Positions 30,129 to 40,612 are shown, counted from the whole stretch's first letter. The stretch: 63,989 bases of DNA, filler included, from an uncultured bacterium (GCA_964637655.1; 7 parts of 7 records of this genome joined end to end with filler, not necessarily neighbours in it), one strand, 5' to 3'. The notes: generated by a model from the letters alone, not told the origin. Made by a program: numbers and translations.

Positions 30129-33100
30129 TCAGAACCTGATCTCCGCCGACAGCGAGCCGCCGTAGTTGTAGTAGTTCATGTTGAGCTGCAGGTTGTCGAC
30201 ATAGTAGCCGAAGTTGCCCGACAGCGCCGCCGAGATGTTGCTGCGCAACGAGTAGGAGAGCGAGGTCGAGGCGGTGACATTATACTTGTCGATTTCGCTG
30301 TTGAGGTCGCCCGTCTTACGCTGCCAGCCGAAGCCGCAGGTATTGTCCCAGCGCAGCTGGTTCTGGAACTCGATGCCGCCGCCGGTAACGGGGTTGGTGA
30401 TACGGAACGGGTCGGTGAAGAAATACGAGGTGCTGAACGACGGGGTGAAGGTGCGGTCGATGGTATGCAGTTCCCGGTCATCGACCTGGGTCTGGCCGAA
30501 TGACAGGTTGAGGTTGGTGTTGAAGTTGTCCGACCACTTGATGCTCCACGCGCCCGACGGAGTATGTGACTGCGTCAGCGCGGTCAGCTGCTCGATGCGC
30601 TTGTAGGTGTAGTTGGCGGTGAGCGAATTGGCGGGACGTTTCGCCATGAAGGCGGGAAACGCCTCCTTGAGGTTGAGCCGGCTGTTCAGCCCGGCGCTGA
30701 GGGAATTGGTCGGCGAGATCGAGTTCTGCGCCTGCGCCCGGGCCCGGTTATAGGAAAAATTGTAGCCAAGCCAGAGCGGCCCCCAGAAGGCGAGGTTGCC
30801 GTCAAGCGCATGCTGCGCGGTGTTGGACGACGAATTGCGCCGCAGCGACAACGCGTCGCCGCTGACCGTCGGCTCCTGCTGTGCCCAGAACCAGTAGACG
30901 CGACTGAAGTAGTCGCGGTACACCTCCCCCAGCGAGGTCGACACGGGCACCCCGCGGTAGGTGGCGCTGACGTCATTGCTGTAGCTGTAGCGGATGTTGA
31001 GCCAGGAGAGTTTCTGCCACCACGCGGAGGGCTGCATCCCCAGCCCGAAGGCGAAGTTGCCCCCCGTGCTCAGGTCCTTGGTCCAGCCCGTGCCGGCCGC
31101 GGCAAAGAAATTCTCGTTGAAGTTGCCGCGCATCGACAGGGTCGGGGAGAACCCCCACGCTCCGGTAAGGTTGAACCCGAGCGACGCATCGCGCGCGCGC
31201 GAGGTCATCCCCCGCTCCGCCTGTGTCCAGTGATAGACGCGGCTGTAGTTGAACGACGGGGTCAGCCCGAAGTTCGCCACCGGCTGTACGGTCAGCGCCA
31301 GGCCGCCACGGTCGGTGCGCGTGTTGCTGTAGGTCGGCACCTGGGCGGGAAGCAGGTATTCGCTGCGCGCCTTGTTCCAGCTGTACCCGTAGTTGGTCGA
31401 GAATGACAGCGTCTGCCCGGTCGGCACCACGCCAAACAGTTTCTCCGGAAAGGTGTAGTTCCAGCTGCTGGTCAGCGTATAGTCGTCCCGGTTGCTGGTC
31501 AGTGACTGGCTGGTGTTGACCGTGCGCGACAGCGAACGCGAGCGGCCAAGGTCGAGGGTCGGCCAGGCCCCGTAGCGCAGGCCAAGCGAGGTGGTCCGCC
31601 CGTTCCCCTCGCTGCTCCCCGCCTGGTTGCGGTTTTCGTTGTCACTCTGGGTATGGCTGAAGGAGACGCTGGGCAGGGCCGGCTGACTGACCGACAGCGA
31701 CAGCCCGTAATTTTCGTTGCGGTTGAACCCGACCTCGTTGCGCCGGACATTGTCGACGCTGACCGGGTCGATATCGGTGCGGTCGCTGTTCCAGGTTACC
31801 GCCAGCGGCGCGGTCACCTGCCATTTATCGGGGAGCAGGCGCCCGAGCGCCACCCCGGCATTGAGCGCGCGGCTGCGCGACTCGCGCGGCTCGATCTCGC
31901 CCGACTGGGTCGATTCCCCGATCAGCTGGAACTGGTTGTCCCGCGACGAAAACGAGCCGCCCAGCGTGAAGAGCGAATTGAGAAACGACGAGGAGAACGA
32001 GGTGGCCCAGACGCTGCCCACCTGCTTGACCGGCTCGCTGACCGTGATCTGGTTGAGGTAGACCTGGCCGCTGCTCCCGTTGCCGTAGATGCCGGCGCAC
32101 AGTTCCTTGACCGTTTCGAGTTCCGGGGTACCGACATACCGCATGCCGCCAACCGTCGCGGCAAACGGTGCCGCCGTGGTGCGGTAGAGGTCGATAAGCG
32201 CCGCCTCGACCGCGGTCAAATCCACCACCTGCTGCCGCCACCCGGTGTAATCGAGTGTCACCTGATGCTCGAAGTAGTTGGCGGCATCCGCCCCGAAACG
32301 GAGGAAAAAGACGGCGTTGCTGTTGTCGCCATACAGCCAGTAGGACAGCCGGCGGTACTGGTGGTAGCGCTGCTTCTCCGGCAGAATGTAGGAGGCGCTG
32401 CCGGTGTCGGTTAGTCCCCTATAGGTGAGCGACAGCGCCTGCTCGAAGTCACCCGGCGAGATGCCCATCTGGTCGAGGATTTCCTGCGGTGGCGAATAGT
32501 TCGGATCGTCCTTGGTGTTGACCGCCCCGATGACGAAGTCGGAGTCGTTCAGGTCATCGTCCGTCCAGCGGTTGCCGACAATTTCAAACTGGTCAAAATC
32601 GAACGCGCCACTGAGTGTCCCGGTAAGCGCGAGACGCAGGCGGACATGCTTGACCACCTCCCAGGAAGCGTCACCCACCGTGTCGGCCCGGGTCAGCGGC
32701 ACGCGGTAGCGCGTCCATTCGCCGACCGTGTAGGAATCGGCCGCCAGCTGCACATCGCCGAAACGGAAATAGGCCTCGAGCGTGTCGAGCTGGTTATCCC
32801 CGTCCATATCCTCGCTGTCGAGGTAGCCGTTCCCCTCGCCGTAATCGCCCGTGCCCGCGATCCCGTCCAGCCCGTTGTCCTCGCCATCGTTGAGTTTGCC
32901 GTCACCGTTGGCGTCCTCGGTCTGATAGGCACCGTCCCCGTTGATATCCTCGCTGACGATGCCCACATCCACCGTGACCCGCACCGTGCCCGCCCCGCGC
33001 GCCCACAGCTGCAGGTAGAGCATGCTGCTCAGGTCTTTCGCCACGGTCGAGAACGGATAGCGCACGGCCACCCACGAGTCACCGGCGCTGAAATCGTAGG

Positions 33101-35783
33101 TGACGCGCAGCGCATCCTCTTCGGCATCGTCCACGGACGGGTCATGCCCCGCCTCGATCTCGCTGAGGTTGACCGTGCCGCGATCGGCATCAAGATGCTC
33201 GCCGGGCACGGTCGCGGGCCGCCACGCCCGCTCGGAAAGCGGCATGCCGATGACCGTTTCCAGCGACTCGATGTCGTCGACCTTGGCGCTGCCGTAGGTA
33301 TTCGGATCATTGATCGACTGCGCATACTCCGCGGTTATGCTCATGCTCGCGACGGAAGCGTCGATGGCCGGCAGCTCGTTCGTCCGGAACAGGTTGACGG
33401 CGTCCACCGCCACATTGAGCGGGTCGATGACCGTATTGACATCCCAGACGAGGTTGGCGTGCGGGGTGGAGGTGACGTCAGGCAGCGATCCGGGTTCGGC
33501 ATCCCAGTTGCGGATTACCGTCGCCCCGAGCAGCAGGTGGTCGTTGATCTGCGCCTCGGTGCGCGCCGCCACCGCGGTCTGCTGGAACTGCCCGCCGAAC
33601 GGCAGGTACTGGTAGTCAATGACAATCTCGGCGTTGGGGGTGATCAGGTCGGGATTGTAAAAAGTGAGGAACCCGCTTTCATAGTCGATGTAGTACTGGT
33701 CGCGCCCGATTTCCCGCCCGCTGATGCTGACGCGGTCACTCCCCTTGATGATGTTGAACGTGCCGAGCATATAGCTCTGCGTCTTCTGCTTGTACTCGAG
33801 GTGCAGGGTGAACCGCGGCTGCGGGTTGTCGCCGTACACGCTGGCGTTCTGCCGCCGGAACGGTTCGCTGTCGGGGAAGGTGACAATGCCGAACTCGAAA
33901 TCGATCCACTCGTGGTCGATCTTCCCGTCGGGCAGGTCGTCAGCGGTGCCGAGCAGCCCGTCATTGCCCGGCAGGCCGGTGCGGTCGAGTCCGAAATAAT
34001 CCAGCCAGGTGCGGTCGCGAATCCCGTCGCCGGTGGTGTCCGTGTCCGCCTTGTCATCGCTCCCCCAGATTTCGAAGATGAAGTCGGGGTCGTCGGCGAT
34101 GATGTTGAGCGAGCCGAGATCGTAGCGGTTGCGCAGTTCGTAAACGTCGTAGCTGTCCGACCCGTTCTCGTCACGCAGCAGTTTGCGCACGCTGCTGTAC
34201 CCGGCGGTGGTGGTGTAGGAGACGGCGATGACGTGGTTGCCGGCGATGGTGCTGCGGAAACGGACGATGCCGGACAGGTTGTCGATGGTGTAGTCGGGGC
34301 CCTCCTGCAGCAGGTCGAAATCACCGGTATAGGAATCCGCCCCGTTGTCGACGCGCATCCCCAGCACGGTATTGGCGTCGTTGGTCGTGGCGTTGTGGTC
34401 GTCGCGCCAGACCTGCAGAGTGCCGAGCTGCAGCGGGGCGGCGTCCGCGCCGCTGTCATTGGTGACGCGGTAGTAGCGGCGGGCGAGGTAATTGACGTCG
34501 CGGATGCTGTTGAGTACCGAGGCCGCCGCCCCGTAGAAGACCTTGCGCCCCGGGAGCCCCTTGGCGCGCGTAATCACGGCATCAAATGACAGGCGGTCAG
34601 CGGACATGCCGAGCAGGTTGAACTCCTTGAGATCGATGCCGCCCATGACCCCGAACATCGACGAGTTATAACTGACAAACTGCGTGCTCGGGATGTTGAG
34701 CGCGATGTCCCCGAACGCGGCATTGGCGGAAAAGACCCCGACCGGGGTCTGATGGTCGAACGACTGGTAGGTGATCGACATCGTCTGGCGCTCAACCTCG
34801 GGCTTGGCATCGTCGTAGTCGACATTGACGGTGATGGTCTTGCCCACCGTCCCGGTGATATGCACCTGCAACTGCTGCTCGATATCAAACGACGTCGACG
34901 ACAGGGTTTCATCGGGATTGTCCGGGTAGGTGGTCGCGCTCATCGTCAGCTTGATGAACTTGCGCCCGTTGACCACCAGCGTCGACTCGAGCGGCCCCTC
35001 GAGGTCGATGATCCCCCGCGACTCGCGCTCCGCTGCCGCCGCCGGGACCGTCTCCGCCGCCGCGCTTTCCTCCGCCGCCGGCGTGTAGCGGATTTCGGGC
35101 AGGGGCAGCGGTGGCAGGGCGGGCGGGGCCGGGGCGGGACGCGGCGCGGGCGCGGCTGCCAGCAGGCGCTCGGCCGCGTCGAGTTCCTCCTGCAGGCGGG
35201 CGATACGCGCGCCGATGTCGGCCACCGTCGCCGCCACCCGCGCCTGCTGCCGGGTGTCACCGCCCGCCGCCCAGACCTCCGCCACCCCGGTCCAGACGCG
35301 GCGCGCGCGCAGCCATTCACCGAGCAGCGCGCGCCGCGTCGCCAGCGGGTCGGTGCTGAGGGCGGCAAGCAGGGCCGCGCGCGCCGCGTCCGGGCCGGCC
35401 GCGAGCAGTTCCTCCGCCGTCAGGTTGAGAAAGCCGCGCGCTGCCAGCGCCTCGAGTTCGCTGTCGACCAGCAGCAGGCGCTGGCGCGCGTCCGTCTGCT
35501 GCTGTGCGCTCAATCCGTCCGCCTGCTGCAGCGCGGCAAGCAGCCCCTGCTTGGCATAGAGCAGCGCGCGGTAGCGGTCACCGTCAGCATCCGCCCCCGC
35601 CTGCCGCAGGATCAGCGCGGTCTCCTGCCAGGCCCGCCCCCCATCGAGCCAGAGTTCCGCTGTCTCCGCGTCAGGGGTCGCCGCCGGCGCGGCGGTAGCG
35701 ACAGCCAGCAGGCAGCAGGCCAGCAGCAGCGCCGCCGCGGGACATTGACACCCGGGGCGGCGCGGGCGTATAATGAAGCGCAT
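30129..35783 (-). CDS. Very large SprA/Sov-like outer-membrane beta-barrel protein
   Basis: Signal peptide; FDIEQQLQVHITGTVGKTITVNVDYDD, YYIDYESGFLTF, TEDANGDGKLNDGEDNGLDG...YLDSEDMDGD; long amphipathic beta-strand region; ends in EIRF. Start codon uncertain. Confidence 0.75.
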   Translation of the reverse strand: MRFIIRPRRPGCQCPAAALLLACCLLAVATAAPAATPDAETAELWLDGGRAWQETALILRQAGADADGDRYRALLYAKQGLLAALQQADGLSAQQQTDARQRLLLVDSELEALAARGFLNLTAEELLAAGPDAARAALLAALSTDPLATRRALLGEWLRARRVWTGVAEVWAAGGDTRQQARVAATVADIGARIARLQEELDAAERLLAAAPAPRPAPAPPALPPLPLPEIRYTPAAEESAAAETVPAAAAERESRGIIDLEGPLESTLVVNGRKFIKLTMSATTYPDNPDETLSSTSFDIEQQLQVHITGTVGKTITVNVDYDDAKPEVERQTMSITYQSFDHQTPVGVFSANAAFGDIALNIPSTQFVSYNSSMFGVMGGIDLKEFNLLGMSADRLSFDAVITRAKGLPGRKVFYGAAASVLNSIRDVNYLARRYYRVTNDSGADAAPLQLGTLQVWRDDHNATTNDANTVLGMRVDNGADSYTGDFDLLQEGPDYTIDNLSGIVRFRSTIAGNHVIAVSYTTTAGYSSVRKLLRDENGSDSYDVYELRNRYDLGSLNIIADDPDFIFEIWGSDDKADTDTTGDGIRDRTWLDYFGLDRTGLPGNDGLLGTADDLPDGKIDHEWIDFEFGIVTFPDSEPFRRQNASVYGDNPQPRFTLHLEYKQKTQSYMLGTFNIIKGSDRVSISGREIGRDQYYIDYESGFLTFYNPDLITPNAEIVIDYQYLPFGGQFQQTAVAARTEAQINDHLLLGATVIRNWDAEPGSLPDVTSTPHANLVWDVNTVIDPLNVAVDAVNLFRTNELPAIDASVASMSITAEYAQSINDPNTYGSAKVDDIESLETVIGMPLSERAWRPATVPGEHLDADRGTVNLSEIEAGHDPSVDDAEEDALRVTYDFSAGDSWVAVRYPFSTVAKDLSSMLYLQLWARGAGTVRVTVDVGIVSEDINGDGAYQTEDANGDGKLNDGEDNGLDGIAGTGDYGEGNGYLDSEDMDGDNQLDTLEAYFRFGDVQLAADSYTVGEWTRYRVPLTRADTVGDASWEVVKHVRLRLALTGTLSGAFDFDQFEIVGNRWTDDDLNDSDFVIGAVNTKDDPNYSPPQEILDQMGISPGDFEQALSLTYRGLTDTGSASYILPEKQRYHQYRRLSYWLYGDNSNAVFFLRFGADAANYFEHQVTLDYTGWRQQVVDLTAVEAALIDLYRTTAAPFAATVGGMRYVGTPELETVKELCAGIYGNGSSGQVYLNQITVSEPVKQVGSVWATSFSSSFLNSLFTLGGSFSSRDNQFQLIGESTQSGEIEPRESRSRALNAGVALGRLLPDKWQVTAPLAVTWNSDRTDIDPVSVDNVRRNEVGFNRNENYGLSLSVSQPALPSVSFSHTQSDNENRNQAGSSEGNGRTTSLGLRYGAWPTLDLGRSRSLSRTVNTSQSLTSNRDDYTLTSSWNYTFPEKLFGVVPTGQTLSFSTNYGYSWNKARSEYLLPAQVPTYSNTRTDRGGLALTVQPVANFGLTPSFNYSRVYHWTQAERGMTSRARDASLGFNLTGAWGFSPTLSMRGNFNENFFAAAGTGWTKDLSTGGNFAFGLGMQPSAWWQKLSWLNIRYSYSNDVSATYRGVPVSTSLGEVYRDYFSRVYWFWAQQEPTVSGDALSLRRNSSSNTAQHALDGNLAFWGPLWLGYNFSYNRARAQAQNSISPTNSLSAGLNSRLNLKEAFPAFMAKRPANSLTANYTYKRIEQLTALTQSHTPSGAWSIKWSDNFNTNLNLSFGQTQVDDRELHTIDRTFTPSFSTSYFFTDPFRITNPVTGGGIEFQNQLRWDNTCGFGWQRKTGDLNSEIDKYNVTASTSLSYSLRSNISAALSGNFGYYVDNLQLNMNYYNYGGSLSAEIRF
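35745..35774 (+). promoter_or_regulatory. Consensus sigma70 promoter for the LptF/G gene
   Basis: TTGACA-N18-TATAAT. Confidence 0.7.
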
Positions 35784-35806
35784 CACCTTATGCGACACCA
35801 CACGTC

Positions 35807-36916
35807 ATGACCATCGTCAGCCGCTACCTCATCCGCCACTTTGTGGCACCCTTTACGTTCGCCCTGCTCCTCTGCACGCTGCTGTTCCTCATCGGTGACG
35901 CCTTCGAACTGATGAAATTCATCTGGAAACTCGACGCGCCGGGACGCGCCGTCGCGCGCTATCTCGCGCAGCAGGTGCCGCTCGTCGCCTACCGCATGTA
36001 CCCGGTCGCCGTGCTGCTCGGCGCCTATTTCTGCTTCGCCGCGCTCGCCCGCTCGGGCGAACTGACCGCCCTGCGCGCCGCGGGTATTTCCGAGCTGCGC
36101 CTGCAGCGCCCCGTACTGCTCGGCGTGCTGCTGCTCACCGCCCCCGTACTGCTGTTCGCCATCACCGTGCACGGCCCGCTGACACAACAGGCACAGGCGC
36201 AGCGCACGGTACTGCGCGGCGGGACGGCCGACGACACCGGCAGTGTGCGCGGCTTTTCCCTTGTGCTCGGCCGCCACCTGACCCTGAAAGCGGCGAAAAT
36301 CGCCGACGCCGGCACCATGCTGCAGCGTCCCGCGCTCGACGGCATGCTCCCCGACGGCACGCAGCTCAAGGTCGATGCCGCCAGCGCCGCCTTCGTGCCC
36401 GGCACCGGTTACCTGTTTCACGACGCGGTCATCCACCGCTTCGCTCCCGACGGCCTGACCCTGCTGCCGCCACCCTACGGCTATGACACCGCCGCCAGCT
36501 GGCGGGTGCCCTTCCCGCTGCAGCCCACCGACCTCTGGGCGCTGGCCCGCCGCGACGACGCAACCGCCGGTCACCTCTCGCTGCCTGACCTGCAGTCCTT
36601 CATCGCGCTGCTCGACCGGCACGGGGTCGATTCACTGGCCGAACGTATCGCGCTGCAGACCCGGCTGGCCTACCCGTTCATCGCCATCGGGTTTGCCCTG
36701 CTCGGGATGTCCTTCAATCCCGTCGGGCGGCGCGCCAGCGTCGCCTTCGGGTTCGGCATCGCCCTGCTCGTTTCCTTCCTCTTCTGGCTTGGCCTGCAGG
36801 TGGCACAAGCCCTCGCCCTGCAGGGCTTTCTTGACCCGTGGCAGGCGGGCTGGCTGCCGCTGCTGGCACTTTTCCTGCTGGCCGCCATCGTCCGCCACTA
36901 TTCGTACCGTTCCTGA
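35807..36916 (+). CDS. LptF/LptG family LPS export permease
   Basis: IVSRYLIRHF, LARSGELTALRAAGIS, RLAYPF, 3+3 TM architecture, AGWLP. Confidence 0.9.
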   Translation: MTIVSRYLIRHFVAPFTFALLLCTLLFLIGDAFELMKFIWKLDAPGRAVARYLAQQVPLVAYRMYPVAVLLGAYFCFAALARSGELTALRAAGISELRLQRPVLLGVLLLTAPVLLFAITVHGPLTQQAQAQRTVLRGGTADDTGSVRGFSLVLGRHLTLKAAKIADAGTMLQRPALDGMLPDGTQLKVDAASAAFVPGTGYLFHDAVIHRFAPDGLTLLPPPYGYDTAASWRVPFPLQPTDLWALARRDDATAGHLSLPDLQSFIALLDRHGVDSLAERIALQTRLAYPFIAIGFALLGMSFNPVGRRASVAFGFGIALLVSFLFWLGLQVAQALALQGFLDPWQAGWLPLLALFLLAAIVRHYSYRS

Positions 36917-36953
36917 CCGCGCACTATACCATAGCCCGACGCCGCGCGCATGG

Positions 36954-39524
36954 TCATGCACCGAGCCGGTCGAGCGCCCGCAGACAGTCACTGACCCGCC
37001 GGCGCAGGTCGGCCGCCGCCACCATCTGCAGTTCATCAGCAAGCCGGCGGGCAGCACGATGCTCACCCCGCGCAAAGAGCACTTCCATCAGTTCAACCCT
37101 GACGGCCGCCTCCGGCCGGGTGGCAACCGCGCGCTGCAGCAGGTGCAGCGCCTCTTCCGTGCGCCCGGCCCGGCGCAGGGCACGGGCGAAATTGAGCAGC
37201 ACCTCCGGCGCCGCCGGCGCGAGGCGGACAGCCGTTGCCAGCCGCCGCAGCGCGGTATCGAGATCCCCGCGACGCAGTGCCGCCACCCCGAGATTATTGT
37301 GCAGGTCAGCATCCTGCGGATGGCGGCGCACGTCCTCTTCCCAGCATGACTCTGCTGCCTGATAGTCACCCGCCTGGCAGAGCAGCCAGCCGCGGTTATA
37401 GGCAGCTTCCGCCGGCAGCAGGGCCAGCGCCTCGTGATAGAGGCCGGCACGGCCGAGCAGCACGGCAAACGTGCCGCGTAGTGCTGCCGGCACACCACCA
37501 TGCGCGCGGTAGGCCTGCAGCAGCGGGGCCAGCGCGGGATGCGGTGTTGCCGCGGACTCCGGCAGGAGTGTGCCCCACGGTGCCGCGAGAAACGCCTGCT
37601 CGCGGTCAGTCGACGCCGCTGTCCCGCTGAGCAGTGCACGTACCGCACGCACGGCAACAGGCCCCGCGGCTCCTGCTTCAAGCAGGGCCGCATCACGCTG
37701 CCCGAGATGCGCGAAAAGACGGGCGAGTGCCGCATGAAATTCGCCGCGCCCGGCAGCGTACGGCGCCAGTTCGCGCCCCAGGCGCACCGCCGCGGCATGC
37801 TGCCCGGCACGCTCGCCGGCACGCAACATGGCACTTACCGGGGCGCTGTCCGGCGGCAGGGTGCGACACTGTTCAGCAAGCAGCGCAAAAGCGCGGGCCG
37901 GGTCACCCTGCCGCAGTTCGCATTCCGCCACCGCCCGCAGCAGCGCCGGCGCAGCCCCCGTCGCCACCGGCAGCAGCGCCCGCATACCGTCGAGGTCGCC
38001 GGTCTGCACGCACGCCAGCAGCTGCAGACGCTGTGCCGCCTGCCGGATGGTTGCGACCGGCGATTGCACGGCCCGCTGCAGGCAGGGGGCTGCCGCGTCG
38101 AGCGCCCCGAGCCGCAGCCACGCCTCCCCGAGTTGCAGCTGCGCCCAGGCATTGTCCGGGTCTGCCTGTGCCAGCGGGGTCAGTTCCGCAATAGCGGCAG
38201 GGGCGTCACCCGTACCGACCGCGGCGCTGCCGCGCGCCAGCCGGAAGGCCGCGTCATCAGGCCAGCCGAGTGCCAGTGCCCGCTGCCACTGCGCGCGGGC
38301 CAGCGCCGGCTGTCCCAGTGCCGCCGCGAGGTCACCGAGCAGTTTGTGGGCAGCGCTGTCAGGCGCGTTGGTGACTGCCAGCTGCGCATGGCGCAGCGCC
38401 TCGGGCAGCCGGTTATCATGCTGCAGCACCGCCGCCAGCCGGAAGTGCAGGGAGAACCCGCTCGGCTGCAGGCGCAGCGCTTCACCGAGCAGCTGCGCTG
38501 CCGCCTGCCAGTCGCGGTCCTCACCGGCCAGCTGCGCCGCCAGCGCCAGTGCCGGTGCGCTGCGCCGCCGTGCCAGTGCCGCCTCGACCGCCGCCGCCGC
38601 GCGCGCGGTTTCGCCCGCTGCTGCGTAGTGTTCCGCCAGGCGCACCCGCAGCTGGTCGTCGTCGGGCCGCGCCGCCACCGCCTCCTCCAGCCGCGCGATG
38701 TCCGCCGTGACCGCAGGCACAGTGGCCGGTTCCCCGGCCGGTACCGTGACCGCCGTCGGCGTCACGCCGGCGGTTTCCGCCGGCAGCACGGCAACGGCGA
38801 CCGGTTCAGCACTGTCAGGAACACCCGCCACCGGCGCGGCAAAGCGCGCCGTCAGTTCCGCCGCTGCCGCCGTTGCCCCGCGCCGCCGCAGTACGTCAGC
38901 GAGCAGCAGCCCGGTAGCCGGGTCATCGCGCCGCGCGGCGTGCAGGCCGCGCAGCACCTGCTCCGCGGATGACAGGTCGGCACTATCCAGCACCGGACGC
39001 GCCGCTCCCTCGCCCCTGACCAGCAGCACCTGCAGAACGCCGGTATCGAGCACCGGTGGCGTGCCGCGCAGCCGCGCCTGCTGCAGCGCGGCAATACCGT
39101 CGGCAGATGCGCCCGCCTGCAGCGCGGCGTTGGCGTGCACCAGCCAGGCCGGCCCGGACGACGGGTCGAGCATGCGCGCCAGCCAGGCCTGCGCCCGTGC
39201 GCGTTCCCAGGCGCCCGCCGCGGCATGCACCTGCGCCCGGGCGAGACAGGCCGCGGCCGTCGGGGCGGGTGCGACCGGGCGCACCGCGACAGGCAATGGC
39301 GCTGCCGGCTGCGGTCGCGTTTCCGGGGGCGCGGTCGCCAGCAGCAGGTCCTGCGCGCGGCGGCTGCGCGGGAAACGCGCCACCGCATCCTGCGCCAGCC
39401 AGCGCGCGCGCGCGCTGTCGCCGGCGGCGCGCGCGGCATCGACCGCAGCGGCAAAGAGCGTTTCCGACGGGGCCAGCGTGATGAGCGTATCGTAGAGACG
39501 CGGCGCATGACCACCGCGCGCAGC
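36954..39524 (-). CDS. Long Ala-rich TPR protein (5' truncated)
   Basis: Frame open to the contig end; TPRs such as LHNNLGVAALRRGDLDTA. Confidence 0.8.
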   Translation of the reverse strand, partial: AARGGHAPRLYDTLITLAPSETLFAAAVDAARAAGDSARARWLAQDAVARFPRSRRAQDLLLATAPPETRPQPAAPLPVAVRPVAPAPTAAACLARAQVHAAAGAWERARAQAWLARMLDPSSGPAWLVHANAALQAGASADGIAALQQARLRGTPPVLDTGVLQVLLVRGEGAARPVLDSADLSSAEQVLRGLHAARRDDPATGLLLADVLRRRGATAAAAELTARFAAPVAGVPDSAEPVAVAVLPAETAGVTPTAVTVPAGEPATVPAVTADIARLEEAVAARPDDDQLRVRLAEHYAAAGETARAAAAVEAALARRRSAPALALAAQLAGEDRDWQAAAQLLGEALRLQPSGFSLHFRLAAVLQHDNRLPEALRHAQLAVTNAPDSAAHKLLGDLAAALGQPALARAQWQRALALGWPDDAAFRLARGSAAVGTGDAPAAIAELTPLAQADPDNAWAQLQLGEAWLRLGALDAAAPCLQRAVQSPVATIRQAAQRLQLLACVQTGDLDGMRALLPVATGAAPALLRAVAECELRQGDPARAFALLAEQCRTLPPDSAPVSAMLRAGERAGQHAAAVRLGRELAPYAAGRGEFHAALARLFAHLGQRDAALLEAGAAGPVAVRAVRALLSGTAASTDREQAFLAAPWGTLLPESAATPHPALAPLLQAYRAHGGVPAALRGTFAVLLGRAGLYHEALALLPAEAAYNRGWLLCQAGDYQAAESCWEEDVRRHPQDADLHNNLGVAALRRGDLDTALRRLATAVRLAPAAPEVLLNFARALRRAGRTEEALHLLQRAVATRPEAAVRVELMEVLFARGEHRAARRLADELQMVAAADLRRRVSDCLRALDRLGA

Positions 39525-39624
39525 NNNNNNNNNNNNNNNNNNNNNNNNNNNNNNNNNNNNNNNNNNNNTTAATTAATTAANNNNNNNNNNNNNNNNNNNN
39601 NNNNNNNNNNNNNNNNNNNNNNNN
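39525..39624. other. Artificial contig linker
   Basis: N run with TTAATTAATTAA. Confidence 0.99.
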
Positions 39625-39625
39625 A

Positions 39626-39793
39626 GTCCGGCTGGATGCCGCCGATATGGAAGCGCTGGTTTACCGCGGTGTCGCCCGTTTCAACCAGGGGCGGGTCAGC
39701 GAGGCATTGACTGATTGGCGCATGGTGCTGGAGGCCGACCCGGACCATGCGTACGCCCGCACACTGATGACGCAGCACGCACCGGAACGCTGA
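39626..39793 (+). CDS. TPR protein, C-terminal fragment
   Basis: Manual translation EALVYRGVARFNQGRVSEALTDWRMVLEADPDHAYA. Confidence 0.6.
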   Translation, partial: VRLDAADMEALVYRGVARFNQGRVSEALTDWRMVLEADPDHAYARTLMTQHAPER

Positions 39794-40498
39794 TCAGAAT
39801 TCGTAGTCGAAACCGATAGACGCGGTGCGCAGGGTCAGCCCCGCCCGGGTCTCGAAGTCGTACATCTTCTGCCGGCCGCGCACGTTGACTCTGAGATCCT
39901 CGGTGAGTTCACGCGCGGCGGAGAGCACGACGGTATGCACGCGCTGGTCCTCGTAGCGCTGCTGCACGTCGTCATCGTAATCGAGCGTCTTGTAGTAGTA
40001 ATTGAAGGAAAAATCCCAGACGCTGTTGCGCGGATGGTAGGTGAGCAGCGCGCCGCTTACCACGGAGAAGTTATCCTTCTGCGGCAGCAGCTGGTAGTCC
40101 TTCCACCAGGTGCGGTTTGACAGTTTCAGCAGCCATCCCTCAGCGACAGGAAAACTCAGCGACGTGTTGATGTGCTGCGCCATGTTGTCGTAGGTGTCGT
40201 AGGCGGTGAAGTCCTTGTTCTCGTGGACGTATTCGAGGGTGCTGGTGAGGTTGTCGGTGAAGGGGTGGGTGAACTTCAGCTTGAAGCGGTCGAAGAGAAA
40301 CTCGCTGTCGATATCCGCCTCCTGCGCTATGTCCTCCTGCTCCTCCGAGAGCATTTGCAGGCCGCGTTCCCAGTTGCCCGACAGGCGTGTGCGCGTGGCT
40401 GCATCAAGGGGTGGCGGAAGCAGGAACAGCAGGGTGAAGAAGAGGGCAATGCCGGTGCGCAGCAGCAGCGCGATATCAGGAGAGCAGCGGTGCATCAT
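39794..40498 (-). CDS. Putative outer-membrane beta-barrel protein
   Basis: Signal peptide, alternating aromatic beta-strands, C-terminal IGFDYEF (Bam signal-like); SD GGGAGG. Confidence 0.7.
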   Translation of the reverse strand: MMHRCSPDIALLLRTGIALFFTLLFLLPPPLDAATRTRLSGNWERGLQMLSEEQEDIAQEADIDSEFLFDRFKLKFTHPFTDNLTSTLEYVHENKDFTAYDTYDNMAQHINTSLSFPVAEGWLLKLSNRTWWKDYQLLPQKDNFSVVSGALLTYHPRNSVWDFSFNYYYKTLDYDDDVQQRYEDQRVHTVVLSAARELTEDLRVNVRGRQKMYDFETRAGLTLRTASIGFDYEF

Positions 40499-40510
40499 CA
40501 CACCTCCCGG

Positions 40511-40612
40511 TCAGGTGCGGGCGATAGTTTCGAGAAACTCCTGCCATGTGTTGACCTGGTAGATCTCGCGGATGAACTGCCAAACCAGTTCGTCGTGGTT
40601 CCTCAGTTCCAT
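40511..40612 (-). CDS. Small 33-aa protein
   Basis: MELRNHDELVWQFIREIYQVNTWQEFLETIART; SD GGGGAGGG; GC3-biased codons; below the ORF-track size cutoff. Confidence 0.5.
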   Translation of the reverse strand: MELRNHDELVWQFIREIYQVNTWQEFLETIART

